Shown: positions 47,180-57,637, counted from the stretch's first letter. The stretch: 64,000 bases of DNA from Candidatus Omnitrophota bacterium (GCA_040753015.1 JBFMHM010000001.1:211157-275156); one strand, 5' to 3'. Notes: generated by a model from the letters alone, not told the origin. Translations and numbers: made by a program.

Positions 47180-47656
47180 TTATATTATTTCGATTACATT
47201 AACAGAAAATACCGTTCCCCTAACGCCTACGATTGATGTAGGAGTCTTCACCTCAAACGAAGAGGGTTTAAGCGGGCGTTTTGCTTTTATGAGCACCTCC
47301 CCAATTGCTAAATCTAATTCTGTTCTTACTTTTTGGCTACGTTTATCAAAATACAAAAGACTAATCTTAACCTCTGCTTTTTCTTTTACCTTCATTACTG
47401 AAACAGCCCCTGCAGAAATTATTTTTATCTGGGCGGTGGCGCCAACCCCAGTTTTTATAACATCTCCTTCGTTAAGTTGCATATCCTTAACTACAGCAAC
47501 CCAATCTTTAGAATCAGATTTTCTAATTAAAACATCACCAAGAAATGATTCAACTTGTGCAAAATAGGCATCTTTGTCTATCTTCTTCTCTTCACCCGCA
47601 AAAATAAAATTTGTAATCAAAAATAATCCGATTAATATTAAAAATAATTTCTTCAT
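47180..47656 (-). CDS. FecR-domain protein (periplasmic, partner of the CHASE2 sensor)
   Basis: 158 aa. Signal peptide and a beta-rich FecR-like domain. The FecR-CHASE2 gene pair is a recurrent arrangement. Confidence 0.55.
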   Translation of the reverse strand: MKKLFLILIGLFLITNFIFAGEEKKIDKDAYFAQVESFLGDVLIRKSDSKDWVAVVKDMQLNEGDVIKTGVGATAQIKIISAGAVSVMKVKEKAEVKISLLYFDKRSQKVRTELDLAIGEVLIKAKRPLKPSSFEVKTPTSIVGVRGTVFSVNVIEII

Positions 47657-47705
47657 CTTTGCCTCCCATTATTTAAATGTAGCATAACAATAATGCAGTA
47701 GAAAA

Positions 47706-48488
47706 TCAATATTTTTTATAAATTTGGGTTAATTTAATAAAATCCTTTTGACCAAGGGCTTGGGGCCGGAGATTAAAATTGAATTCCTTATCTGTTAATA
47801 AAATTTCCTTTGGGAAAAATTCTTTTAAGCTATTGCGAAGCGTTTTTCTTCTTTGTTGAAAAGATCGGCGTATAATCTTAAAAAATATCTCTTCATCGTC
47901 TTTTTTTAAAACTGATTCTTTTATCGCCAGCATTATAAAAGAAGAATCTACTTTAGGTATCGGACGAAAACAAGTTCTGGAAATATCAAAGATAAGTTTA
48001 GGATTAGAATGATATTGGACAAAAAAACTAAATGCGCCTTTTAAGCTTGAATTATCATTATAAATTATCCGGCGGATAAATTCTTTTTGTAATGTTAAAA
48101 ATATATAATCAATGTATTTTTTATTTTCTAATAAATGCGCAATTATTGGGCTAGAAATATAATATGGAAGGTTGCCGACAACTTTAATTTTTTGGCTTAA
48201 ATTAGGAAAAACTCTTGGTATATCTAATTTCAAAAAATCCAGATTAATAATTTCAATATTACCGAAACTGGATAATTCTTTTTCAAGTTCTAAAACAAGC
48301 TTTTTATCAATTTCACAGGCAATCAGCTTTTTAACATTCTTTACTATTCTTTTTGTAAGCTCGCCGTGCCCAGGGCCAATTTCTAAAACTATATCGTCTT
48401 TAGTTAAACTAAGCGTGTTTATAATATTATTAATAATATTTTTATCTATTAAAAAATTTTGACCTAGCCTTTTTTTTGCAAAAATCAT
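47706..48488 (-). CDS. rsmA: 16S rRNA (adenine1518/1519-N6)-dimethyltransferase
   Basis: LGQNFLIDKNII and EIGPGHG motifs. The ATG at 48486-48488 is preferred and forms an ATGA overlap with the pdxA stop. The track start at 48512 is a TTG inside the palindrome. Confidence 0.9.
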   Translation of the reverse strand: MIFAKKRLGQNFLIDKNIINNIINTLSLTKDDIVLEIGPGHGELTKRIVKNVKKLIACEIDKKLVLELEKELSSFGNIEIINLDFLKLDIPRVFPNLSQKIKVVGNLPYYISSPIIAHLLENKKYIDYIFLTLQKEFIRRIIYNDNSSLKGAFSFFVQYHSNPKLIFDISRTCFRPIPKVDSSFIMLAIKESVLKKDDEEIFFKIIRRSFQQRRKTLRNSLKEFFPKEILLTDKEFNFNLRPQALGQKDFIKLTQIYKKY

Positions 48489-49492
48489 TGCTTTTGTAAA
48501 GACGCATTGCAATATGTCTCTACCGCTAACTTAATCGCTTCAATTATTGAACCAGGATTAGCTTTATTTTTGCCAGCAATATCAAAAGCGGTGCCGTGTA
48601 ACGGAGTAGTCCTGATAAATGGTAGGCCGCAGGTAAAATTAACCCCCTGCTCATATCCTAATATTTTAAGCGGTATCAATGCCTGGTCATGATACATTGC
48701 AACAAGCACATCATATTTCTTCTCTCTAACTAATTCCTTAACGGCTGAATCAGCCGGTATTGGCCCATAAACAAGGCAGCCTTTATTCTTTGCTTGTATA
48801 ATTGCCGGTGTAATAACTTTCTTTTCTTCATCGCCAAAAATACCTCCGTCTGACGCATGAGGATTTAAACCACAAACACATATACGCGGTTTTTTTATAT
48901 TAAAAATTTTTTTTAGAGATTGATTTGTAATTATTATAGTCTTGAAAATATTGCTTTGAGTCAATTGCTTGCTAACATCCTTGAGAGCAACATGGCGAGT
49001 AACTAGAGTAAAATAATATTTGCCGACAATCAACATCATCAAAAAATCTTTTATATTAAATTTACCTGCTAGATATTCTGTATGGCCGTTAAATTTTATA
49101 CCGGCTTTATTTACCGCTTCTTTATCAACAGGCGCTGTAACTAAACAATCGGCCTTTTTTTCTTTAATTAATTTTACCGCTAACTCTAAATATTCAAATG
49201 ATGCCCTGCCATACCTTGCATCAACCTTGCCAAATTTAAAATTATTTCTTGGCACATTATTTAAATCTATGAATTTAAAGTTTTTCGCTTTTCGCTTTTC
49301 GCTTTTCGCTTTGTTAAACGCCCATCTATCTCCAATAACCGCAAACTCGGCCAACTTTGCTATCCCTGGATTGTTTAATCCCTTAAAGATAACCTCCGGC
49401 CCAATACCAGAAGGATCCCCCATAGTTATAATAATTCTTGGTTTAATCATTTTATTTGTATATATGCTTTTTTCTTTAACCCATCGAGCCAC
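48485..49492 (-). CDS. pdxA: 4-hydroxythreonine-4-phosphate dehydrogenase
   Basis: 335 aa. ITMGDPSGIGPEV N-terminus. The last 11 codons (VETYCNASLQKQ) are encoded by palindrome copy 3. Confidence 0.9.
   Translation of the reverse strand: MARWVKEKSIYTNKMIKPRIIITMGDPSGIGPEVIFKGLNNPGIAKLAEFAVIGDRWAFNKAKSEKRKAKNFKFIDLNNVPRNNFKFGKVDARYGRASFEYLELAVKLIKEKKADCLVTAPVDKEAVNKAGIKFNGHTEYLAGKFNIKDFLMMLIVGKYYFTLVTRHVALKDVSKQLTQSNIFKTIIITNQSLKKIFNIKKPRICVCGLNPHASDGGIFGDEEKKVITPAIIQAKNKGCLVYGPIPADSAVKELVREKKYDVLVAMYHDQALIPLKILGYEQGVNFTCGLPFIRTTPLHGTAFDIAGKNKANPGSIIEAIKLAVETYCNASLQKQ
48496..48523. repeat. 28-bp palindrome copy 3 (GTAAAGACGCATTGCAATATGTCTCTAC, 2 mismatches) at the pdxA 3-prime end
   Basis: Near-identical to copies 1 and 2. 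Confidence 0.85.
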
Positions 49493-50358
49493 ACTTTTAT
49501 CCGTTCGTTAAATTTCTGATTATATAAAATTTCATAAACATACCCTTTTGCTTCATTTAAGCTCATTGTATGAGGATAAATAATTTCATCAACCTTGAAC
49601 AAATAAAAACCATTATCAGTTTTTGTTAAGTTGGTAAAATCCCCTTTTCTTGTTTTAAAAATTATATCTTCTATTTCTGGTTTCAAACGCCCCCGCTCAA
49701 CATTCCATTTCTCTAACCTATCCTTATAAGTTTCTAGCAAAAGTGGATAATTGCTCCGTTTGTAGAGCATTTCCTTCACTCTATAATATTCATCCTGCTT
49801 AAAAAATATTGCTGTTACCTTCCTCGCTTCATTCTGAAAAAAATCTTTTGAGTGTGCCTGATAATAATTAGTTATCTCCAGCGGCGAAACGTTGATCCGC
49901 GACCTGATTTCATAATCAACAAGCCTATATCTTAAGAATTCATCCTTAATATTCTTTTTAATATCCTCTAAGGTCAACCCTTGGTCTTTTAATGCCTTTA
50001 TTAATTTCTCTTCCGAACCAAAATCACCAGCTATTTCATTAACCTTTTTCTCAATATCATTTTTGTCTACCTCTATCCTTTTTTTTAGAGCCTCCTGATA
50101 AATAAGCCTGTCTTCAATCAGTTTATTTAATATATTTTTTTTAATTTCCTCTTTTTTAACCTCTAGGTCTTCTTTACTATATCTTTGTGCTAACTGAACA
50201 ACGGCAATCTTGAAAGCATTATCAATATCGCTTTGAGTTATCGCCTCATTATTCACTACTGCAACAATTTTATCTACCTGGGCAAAAACAACACCCCTAA
50301 ACAACAAAAAAACTACTATCATTAAAAAAGTTTTTTGATTGATTATTTTATTTTTCAC
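49447..50358 (-). CDS. surA: SurA-like periplasmic chaperone / parvulin-type peptidyl-prolyl isomerase
   Basis: 303 aa. Signal peptide, SurA N-terminal domain, one parvulin domain. Conserved surA-pdxA-ksgA synteny. Confidence 0.7.
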   Translation of the reverse strand: MKNKIINQKTFLMIVVFLLFRGVVFAQVDKIVAVVNNEAITQSDIDNAFKIAVVQLAQRYSKEDLEVKKEEIKKNILNKLIEDRLIYQEALKKRIEVDKNDIEKKVNEIAGDFGSEEKLIKALKDQGLTLEDIKKNIKDEFLRYRLVDYEIRSRINVSPLEITNYYQAHSKDFFQNEARKVTAIFFKQDEYYRVKEMLYKRSNYPLLLETYKDRLEKWNVERGRLKPEIEDIIFKTRKGDFTNLTKTDNGFYLFKVDEIIYPHTMSLNEAKGYVYEILYNQKFNERIKVWLDGLKKKAYIQIK

Positions 50359-52231
50359 GTAAACCCTCCTTTAATTCCTCGCTTATTTCTCTAAGCATCC
50401 GGCAATATAGATCAAAACCAACTGTACTGATAAATCCATGCTGTTCTAGCCCCAAAATATTACCTGCACCCCTGATTTCTAAATCCTGAAAGGCGATTTT
50501 AAAACCTGATCCTAATTCTGAAAATTCTAACATTGCTTCAAGGCGTCTTTTTGCATCCCGGGATATTGCCTTATTCTCTCCAAATAAAAAATAGGCGTAT
50601 GCCTGATTTACAAACCTGCCTACCCGCCCACGTAGTTGATGCAAATCAGAAAGCCCGAACTGATCCGCGTTATTGACAATCAAAGTGTTTGCCCTTGGAA
50701 TATCAATACCGCTTGAAACAATCATCGTTGAAACTAAAACATCAATTTTACCTTTGAAAAAATCGGATATTATTTTCTCGAGTTCTGACGAAGGCATTTG
50801 TCCATGAGCATATACTATTTTAACATAGGAAGGCAGAATCCTCTCTATTTTTTTCTTTTGCCTTTCTATTGTCAAGACGCGGTTATGAATAAAAAATACC
50901 TGCCCCTTACGTTTAACCTCTTTCATAATAGCGCTTCTGATTAGATCATCATCATATCCCGATACGAAAGTTTTAATTGCTTGCCTATTCTCTGGAGGGC
51001 TATTAATTATAGAGATATCTTTTATATTCATTAGAGACTGATAAAGCGTACGGGGAATCGGCGTTGCTGTAAGCGTTAAAATATCAATATTAATTTTTAA
51101 GTGTTTTAATTTTTCTTTTGCCCTTACGCCAAAACGCTGCTCTTCATCAATAATTAAAAGACCTAAATCCTTAAAACCTATATCATCACAAAGCAATTTG
51201 TGCGTACCGATGATAATATCAATAGAACCTGCCATCAATTCTCTCATTATTGCCTTCTGTTCGGCAACAGTCCTGAACCGGCATAATAGCTCTACATTAA
51301 CAGGAAAATTTTTAAGCCTTTCTTTAAAATTTAAATAATGCTGCTGGGCTAAAATTGTCGTTGGCACTAAAATTGCAACCTGCTTATTGTCCATCACTGC
51401 CTTAAAACTAGCGCGCATAGCTACTTCTGTCTTACCATAACCAACATCACCGCATAAAAGCCTATCCATAGGATAGACACTTTCCATATCGGCTTTCACT
51501 TGGGTAAGTGAGTTTATTTGATCTGGTGTTTCTTGAAATGAAAACGTTTTTTCAAAATCTTCCTGCCATTCGGTATCAGAAGAATATTTAAAACCAGTGA
51601 GAGTTTTTCTCTTCGCTGCAAACTCAAGCAGCTCTCTGGCAAACTTTAAAATACCCTTTTTTACTTTTTGCTTAGCTTTAAGCCAATTCTTTGTGCCAAG
51701 CTTATAAAGCCTTGGACGAATACCCCCAAATCCAATGTATTTTTGAATAAGGTTTATTTTATTCTGGGGTAAGTAAATTTTTTCTTTATTATCATACTCT
51801 AAGACTAAAACTTCTTTATATTCATCACCTACCTTGATTTTTTGCCTGCCTAGATATTTACCTATGCCATAGTCTACATGGACAATGTAATCACCAATAT
51901 TCAAATCAATAAAATTATTAATTGGAACATCAAGGCCTAGTTTTTTTTCTTTAAGCCTGCGCGGTAGGATAATAACAACATCGTGTTCAAAATTAATATC
52001 GTGATTTTTTATAGAAAAACTGGATATCCGCTTTACGCTATCTAAGTCTAGCTCTAACCGGATTGGATTTTCGAAGGTTATAGGAAAAACATCGATTATC
52101 TGGCCACGGATAGCAAATTCGCCTTCCGTAAAAACCTTATCTTTTTTTTCATAGCCAAATTCAAACAGTGTTCTTAAAAAGCTATCAAAATCTAAGCGCG
52201 AGTTTTTATAGATTTTAAGTATTCGAAACAT
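50348..52231 (-). CDS. mfd: Transcription-repair coupling factor, short form lacking the N-terminal UvrB-homology module
   Basis: 627 aa. RNAP-interacting CarD/TRCF domain (GDYIVHVDYGIGKYLG), Walker A CGDVGYGKTEVA, DEEQ, TATPIPRTL TRG motif. About half the length of canonical Mfd. Confidence 0.8.
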   Translation of the reverse strand: MFRILKIYKNSRLDFDSFLRTLFEFGYEKKDKVFTEGEFAIRGQIIDVFPITFENPIRLELDLDSVKRISSFSIKNHDINFEHDVVIILPRRLKEKKLGLDVPINNFIDLNIGDYIVHVDYGIGKYLGRQKIKVGDEYKEVLVLEYDNKEKIYLPQNKINLIQKYIGFGGIRPRLYKLGTKNWLKAKQKVKKGILKFARELLEFAAKRKTLTGFKYSSDTEWQEDFEKTFSFQETPDQINSLTQVKADMESVYPMDRLLCGDVGYGKTEVAMRASFKAVMDNKQVAILVPTTILAQQHYLNFKERLKNFPVNVELLCRFRTVAEQKAIMRELMAGSIDIIIGTHKLLCDDIGFKDLGLLIIDEEQRFGVRAKEKLKHLKINIDILTLTATPIPRTLYQSLMNIKDISIINSPPENRQAIKTFVSGYDDDLIRSAIMKEVKRKGQVFFIHNRVLTIERQKKKIERILPSYVKIVYAHGQMPSSELEKIISDFFKGKIDVLVSTMIVSSGIDIPRANTLIVNNADQFGLSDLHQLRGRVGRFVNQAYAYFLFGENKAISRDAKRRLEAMLEFSELGSGFKIAFQDLEIRGAGNILGLEQHGFISTVGFDLYCRMLREISEELKEGLREK

Positions 52232-52295
52232 GAAAGTGAAAAGTTTAAAACGAAAAATGCAAAGTTTTAAACCTTAGATTTTAACTTTACGCTTT

Positions 52296-54467
52296 TCACT
52301 TTGCGCTTTTCGCTTTCTTCTGCCAGGCTAAAACAAGCGGTGAAGCAATATAAACTGTCGAATAAATACCTGATATAAAACCAACCAATAAACAGAATGC
52401 AAATGTGTTTAGCGCACTACCTCCGTAAAAGAATAATACTAAGACTACCATAATCACGGTAAAAGAAGTAAGGATAGTTCTGCCTAATGTTTGATTTAAT
52501 GCTAGATTAATTATCTGGGCTAATGGTAATTTTGACCCACGCGATAATTCACGGATTCTGTCATAAATAACAATGGTATCGTTTATCGAATAACCAGCAA
52601 TAGTTAAAAATGCGGTAACAACTAAAAGATCAATCTGCCTGCCAAACAAACTGACTGCGCCTAATGTAATCAAAACATCATGAAAAAGTGCAATAACACC
52701 GGCTATACCAAAATCCCAATGTTTGAATCTAAACCCTACGTATGCAAGTATTCCTATTAGAGCCCAAATAAGAGCAAGGTTTGCCTTTTTTTGTAGCGCC
52801 TTACCGACAACCGGACCAACCTCTTCAATCCTTAAAATTTGGAATGAATTATCAGGAAAATCTTTTTTAAACATTGCCTGTATCGGCTCGGATGTATCGG
52901 TTGTAGTCCTAATTATAATTTGTTTTGGATTATTTTCAACGCTCTGAAGCGAAGCATCTGATAAACCAATACTTTTCAAATTGCTTCTAATCTTATCAAG
53001 CGGTATTTCTTTATCAAAAACATACTCCTGAATTTCTCCACCAGAAAAATCCAAGCCATAGATATCTTTTTGTCTATGCATAAAACTTACTAACCCTAAA
53101 ATAATAATAATCGCTGAAAGCGCATAAAAGAATTTCCTTTTTGAAACAAAATCAACATTTGTCTTTGGAAAAAATTGAATCATTGGAAGGCTTTTTAAAA
53201 TTTTCGCGTCAATTAAAAATTCCATTATAGCTCTCGTAACGAATACTGCTGTAAAAATACTCGCTATAAGGCCAATAGTCAATGTTACAGCAAAACCCCT
53301 TATTGCGCCTGTTCCGAATTGAAATAATAGAAAAGCTGCAATTAAAGTAGTAACATTAGAATCAATAATTGCACTCAACGCCTTATTATATCCGGCAGTC
53401 AAAGCCGAACGTATCGGACGGCCGAGTTTCAGCTCTTCTCTAATTCTTTCATTAATAAGAACATTGGCATCAACTGCCATACCTAGTGTTAAAATAATAC
53501 CGGCAATACCAGGCAGGGTTAAAGTAGCATGAAAGAAACCCATACCTCCTAATATAATTAGTATATTTAACATAAGAGCAATATTAGCAACAAAACCGGC
53601 AAATAAATAATAAATTGCCATAAAAATAACGACTAAAATACCGCCGATTAAAGCAGCGGTTACACCATTTTTTATAGAGTCTTTGCCTAACCCAGGACCA
53701 ACGGTTCTTTCTTCAAGAACCTCTAAAGGCGCAGGGAGAGCGCCAATTCGTAAAACAATAGCAAGGTCTGATGCATCTTCGTTTGTAAAACGCCCGCTTA
53801 TTTGGGCGCGCCCAGAAGGAATCGGCTCATTTATCCGCGGAGCAGAATGCACCTTACCATCGAGAATAATTGCAAGCTGCCTGTTCACATTCTGTGTAGT
53901 GATATCAGCAAATGTCTTAGTACCGTCCGGCGTAAATCCTATGCCGACATAGGGCTGTCCATATTGATCGAATTCTACCTTTGCTTCACTTAACGCCTCG
54001 CCTGTTAAAACCGGCTTTGCTTCAAGTAGAATCGGGTTATTATCCACATATTTTAATTCATAATTTTGCGGTACATTTCCTGAGATAGCATCCTTAAGCC
54101 GAACAGGGTCGGTATCAACTAACTTAAACTCTAAAAAACCTGTTCTCTTTACAAGCTCAAGCGCCCTCTGGCGATCCACCATACCAGGTAATTGAATAAC
54201 AATCTGGTCTTCGCCTTGTGGCTGAATTAACGGCTCAGCTACGCCAAATTCATCTATACGATTGCGTAATTTTTCAAGCGCCCTCTCCCTGGCATCTTTT
54301 TTCGCTTCGGGAGCTAGATTGCTTACATCAACTTGCAATACTAAATGCATTCCACCCTGCAAATCAAGCCCTAGATTAATCTTTTTCTTTAAAGGCAATG
54401 CGTAATACAACGATAAAAGAATAACGCCAATAATTACTAGTACTTTAAAAAATAGCTTTTTAGACAT
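52296..54467 (-). CDS. secDF: Protein translocase subunit SecDF (fusion)
   Basis: 723 aa. SecD N-terminus (LGLDLQGGMHLVLQVD) and two 6-TM RND-like blocks. Confidence 0.9.
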   Translation of the reverse strand: MSKKLFFKVLVIIGVILLSLYYALPLKKKINLGLDLQGGMHLVLQVDVSNLAPEAKKDARERALEKLRNRIDEFGVAEPLIQPQGEDQIVIQLPGMVDRQRALELVKRTGFLEFKLVDTDPVRLKDAISGNVPQNYELKYVDNNPILLEAKPVLTGEALSEAKVEFDQYGQPYVGIGFTPDGTKTFADITTQNVNRQLAIILDGKVHSAPRINEPIPSGRAQISGRFTNEDASDLAIVLRIGALPAPLEVLEERTVGPGLGKDSIKNGVTAALIGGILVVIFMAIYYLFAGFVANIALMLNILIILGGMGFFHATLTLPGIAGIILTLGMAVDANVLINERIREELKLGRPIRSALTAGYNKALSAIIDSNVTTLIAAFLLFQFGTGAIRGFAVTLTIGLIASIFTAVFVTRAIMEFLIDAKILKSLPMIQFFPKTNVDFVSKRKFFYALSAIIIILGLVSFMHRQKDIYGLDFSGGEIQEYVFDKEIPLDKIRSNLKSIGLSDASLQSVENNPKQIIIRTTTDTSEPIQAMFKKDFPDNSFQILRIEEVGPVVGKALQKKANLALIWALIGILAYVGFRFKHWDFGIAGVIALFHDVLITLGAVSLFGRQIDLLVVTAFLTIAGYSINDTIVIYDRIRELSRGSKLPLAQIINLALNQTLGRTILTSFTVIMVVLVLFFYGGSALNTFAFCLLVGFISGIYSTVYIASPLVLAWQKKAKSAK

Positions 54468-54473
54468 TTTTAG

Positions 54474-54764
54474 TTATTCTCCTTGTACCTGTACTTTTTT
54501 TACCCTGGCAATTGCCAGTTTATCTACCTCAACTTTGACATTATCATCAATTCTAACTATATAAGTATTTTCTTTAATATTAACAATTGTACCATGCAAC
54601 CCACCAATAGTTACGACTTCATCATTTTTTTTCAAATTCGTAACATTCTTTTTATGCTCGGCCTCTTTCTTCTGTTGTGGGCGAATAATCATAAAATAAA
54701 AAATTGCAAAAATTAAAATTATCGGCAATAAATTCATTATCCCAGCTGCTTGGCCTGACCCCAT
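54474..54764 (-). CDS. yajC: Preprotein translocase subunit YajC
   Basis: 96 aa. Single TM plus IRPQQKK motif. Confidence 0.85.
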   Translation of the reverse strand: MGSGQAAGIMNLLPIILIFAIFYFMIIRPQQKKEAEHKKNVTNLKKNDEVVTIGGLHGTIVNIKENTYIVRIDDNVKVEVDKLAIARVKKVQVQGE

Positions 54765-54777
54765 AATTACCTCCTAT

Positions 54778-55035
54778 TTATTTTCCGCCAGAGGCAGAAA
54801 TTTTTTTCGTTAATGTCCTGACTGTATTAGAAATAACTGCTCCATTTTTCATCCATTTCAGATATTTTTCTTTATTAATCTTAAAATTATCCGATTTTAG
54901 AGAAGGAATGTATGTGCCAATTTCTTCAATAACTCTGCCATCCCTGGCTCTATATTTATCAATTACAACAATACGATAACATAACCTATTCTTTACATTC
55001 TTACCAATTCTTCTCAAACGAATTGCTGCTGCCAT
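54778..55035 (-). CDS. rpsP: 30S ribosomal protein S16
   Basis: 85 aa. IRLRRIGKNVKNRLCYRIVVIDKYRARDGRVIEEIGTY. Confidence 0.9.
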   Translation of the reverse strand: MAAAIRLRRIGKNVKNRLCYRIVVIDKYRARDGRVIEEIGTYIPSLKSDNFKINKEKYLKWMKNGAVISNTVRTLTKKISASGGK

Positions 55036-55050
55036 TTTACTACCTCCATT

Positions 55051-56550
55051 TTAATTAACTATTGCTTCTAATTGTGCCTTAGCTTTATTTACTGTCTCTT
55101 GGTATTCTTTTTTTGGGTCGGAATCGGCTACGATTCCCGCACCCGCCTGAATATAAGCAAAATTTTTATTTATAACAATTGTTCTAATCGTAATACATGT
55201 ATCCACATTGCCTGAAAAACTAAAATAGCCTATTGCCCCAGCATACGGCCCGCGCACTTGTTTTTCGAGTTCGTTGATGATTTCCATTGCCCTAACTTTA
55301 GGCGCGCCGCTTACAGTACCGGCAGGAAATACTGCACGCATAACATCAAAATTATCTTTATCTTTCTTTAGCCTTCCTTTTACTTCACTAACTATATGCA
55401 TCACATGAGAATATCTCTCAATTATCATAAATTCATTCATCTTTACTGTCCCAAAATCACAAATTCTACCCAAATCGTTCCTACCCAAATCAACAAGCAT
55501 CAGATGTTCAGCTCTTTCTTTTTTATCATTAAGCAATTCTTTTGCAAACGCTGAATCTTGTTGTTCATCCTTACCGCGCGGCCTTGTTCCTGCAATTGGC
55601 CTGGTTACCACAACATTATCTTCTTGCCTCACTAAGAGCTCTGGCGATGAGCCAATAATCTCTAAATCCTTTAGTTTTAAATAATACATATAGGGGCTTG
55701 GATTGAGCATGCGCAGATTGCGATAGATTAAAAAAGGATTCTTATTAATTTTTATTTTGAAGCGCTGCGATAAAACTACTTGTATTATATCACCTTTTCT
55801 AATATATTCTTTTGCTTTATTCACAGCTTTAATAAAATTATTTTGCGTGAAATTTGAAGTAAGAGCACAATATTTTGTACCCCTACTTTTTTCTTTATAA
55901 ATATTTTCGCAAAGAGGTTGTTTAATTTTCTTAATTAATTCTTCAATTTTTCTTACCGCCTGTTTATAAAATTTTTTAACACCTTTGCCATAAATATGAG
56001 CACAATAGATTATTTTAATTTTATGCCGTAAATGATCAAATATTAAAATCGCATCGGTTAATAAAAACAGGCTGTCTGGTAATTTGAGATCGTCTTCTTG
56101 AATATTAAGCTCATTTAATTTTGGCTCAAAGAATTTTACTATGTCATAACCAATAAAACCTACTAGGCCGCCACAAAAACGCGGTAAATCCCCTGTATCA
56201 ACAAAATTATATCTTTGCATTATCTTTTTAAGTTCTTCTAGAGGATCTCGACCTATTTTAAATTTATTTGTATGACCGTTTTCAATTATCTCAACTGTAT
56301 TCGCCTTTGTTCTAAATACAATCCTGGGAGATGAACTTATAAAAGAAAACCGAGCGGTTTTTTCTTGGCCTTCTACAGATTCAAGTAAAAAACTATATTC
56401 ACCATCTGCCTGCCTAGCGGCAAGACCGCCGGCTATCTTTAAATAACAAGATACTGGTGTATCTAAATCAGCATCTATTTCCTTATAGATTGGAATTAGA
56501 TTACCTTTTTTAGATAATTTGATAAATTGTTGTTCAGTTAAAGAATACAT
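55051..56550 (-). CDS. Anthranilate synthase component I family (TrpE/PabB-like chorismate-utilising enzyme)
   Basis: 499 aa. PIAGTRPRG, GAIGY and GAGIVADS motifs. No adjacent trpG or trpD, so TrpE versus PabB is unresolved. Confidence 0.7.
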   Translation of the reverse strand: MYSLTEQQFIKLSKKGNLIPIYKEIDADLDTPVSCYLKIAGGLAARQADGEYSFLLESVEGQEKTARFSFISSSPRIVFRTKANTVEIIENGHTNKFKIGRDPLEELKKIMQRYNFVDTGDLPRFCGGLVGFIGYDIVKFFEPKLNELNIQEDDLKLPDSLFLLTDAILIFDHLRHKIKIIYCAHIYGKGVKKFYKQAVRKIEELIKKIKQPLCENIYKEKSRGTKYCALTSNFTQNNFIKAVNKAKEYIRKGDIIQVVLSQRFKIKINKNPFLIYRNLRMLNPSPYMYYLKLKDLEIIGSSPELLVRQEDNVVVTRPIAGTRPRGKDEQQDSAFAKELLNDKKERAEHLMLVDLGRNDLGRICDFGTVKMNEFMIIERYSHVMHIVSEVKGRLKKDKDNFDVMRAVFPAGTVSGAPKVRAMEIINELEKQVRGPYAGAIGYFSFSGNVDTCITIRTIVINKNFAYIQAGAGIVADSDPKKEYQETVNKAKAQLEAIVN

Positions 56551-56552
56551 TA

Positions 56553-56861
56553 TTATTTTATCTTCCTATAAAAACAGCTCTTATTATTAGTATGACAGGC
56601 AGCGCCAATCTGTTTAACTAAAATTAATAAAGCATCTCTATCGCAATCATAATAAATATTTTTTATGAATTGAAAATGTCCTGATGTCTCACCTTTGACC
56701 CAATATTCTTTGCGCGAACGCGACCAAAAACAAGTCTTACCTAATTTTAAAGTCTTTTTTACAGACTCTTTATTCATATAGGCAAGCATTAACACTTTTT
56801 TTGTTTTATAATCCTGAATTATCGCTGGGATTAAACCATTTGCATCATATTTTAATATCAT
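56553..56861 (-). CDS. hisI: Phosphoribosyl-AMP cyclohydrolase
   Basis: 102 aa. [26 protein letters not shown] motifs. Confidence 0.9.
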   Translation of the reverse strand: MILKYDANGLIPAIIQDYKTKKVLMLAYMNKESVKKTLKLGKTCFWSRSRKEYWVKGETSGHFQFIKNIYYDCDRDALLILVKQIGAACHTNNKSCFYRKIK

Positions 56862-57625
56862 ATCCTCACCAATATATTATTTTTATTTAAATAATCCTTA
56901 ACTTGCTTTACCGAAAACTCTCCGTAATGAAAAATACCAGCAGCTAAGGCGGCTGAAGTATCTGTTTTGTTAAATACGTCTTTAAAATGATTTAGTTTAC
57001 CCGCGCCACCCGAAGCAATAACAGGTATATTTACGGCTTTATTTACAGCCTTAGTCAGCTCAATATCAAACCCATCTTTTGTACCATCATAATCCATGCT
57101 TGTCAATAGAATCTCACCAGCGCCAAACGCTTGGCATTTTTTTACCCATTTAACAACATCGAGACCGGTCGCAGTCCTGCCACCGTGAATATATACTTCA
57201 CCTTGGCGAGCGTCAATTGCAACTACAATGCATTGGCTACCGAATTTTTTTGCGCCTTCGGTGATCAATTTTGGGTTTTTTACTGCTGCAGTATTAATTG
57301 AAACCTTGTCTGCCCCGGCATTAAGCAAAGCACGAATATCTCCGATATTACGCACGCCCCCGCCAACAGTTAATGGCATAAACACACTTTCTGCTGTACG
57401 TTTAACTACATCTAAAATTATATTTCTTTTCTCGTGGCTTGCAGTTATATCTAAAAAAACTAATTCATCCGCGCCCTGTTTATCATATAAAGAAGCTAAC
57501 TCAACAGGGTCTCCTGCGTCTTTTAATTTTAAAAATTTAACGCCCTTAACAACCCTGCCCTTATCAACATCCAAACAAACAATTATTCGTTTTGAAAGCA
57601 TTTTATTATTTAATCTAGGTAGCAA
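56858..57625 (-). CDS. hisF: Imidazole glycerol phosphate synthase cyclase subunit
   Basis: 255 aa. [29 protein letters not shown] motifs. Confidence 0.9.
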   Translation of the reverse strand: MLPRLNNKMLSKRIIVCLDVDKGRVVKGVKFLKLKDAGDPVELASLYDKQGADELVFLDITASHEKRNIILDVVKRTAESVFMPLTVGGGVRNIGDIRALLNAGADKVSINTAAVKNPKLITEGAKKFGSQCIVVAIDARQGEVYIHGGRTATGLDVVKWVKKCQAFGAGEILLTSMDYDGTKDGFDIELTKAVNKAVNIPVIASGGAGKLNHFKDVFNKTDTSAALAAGIFHYGEFSVKQVKDYLNKNNILVRI

Positions 57626-57637
57626 AATAGCATTTGG

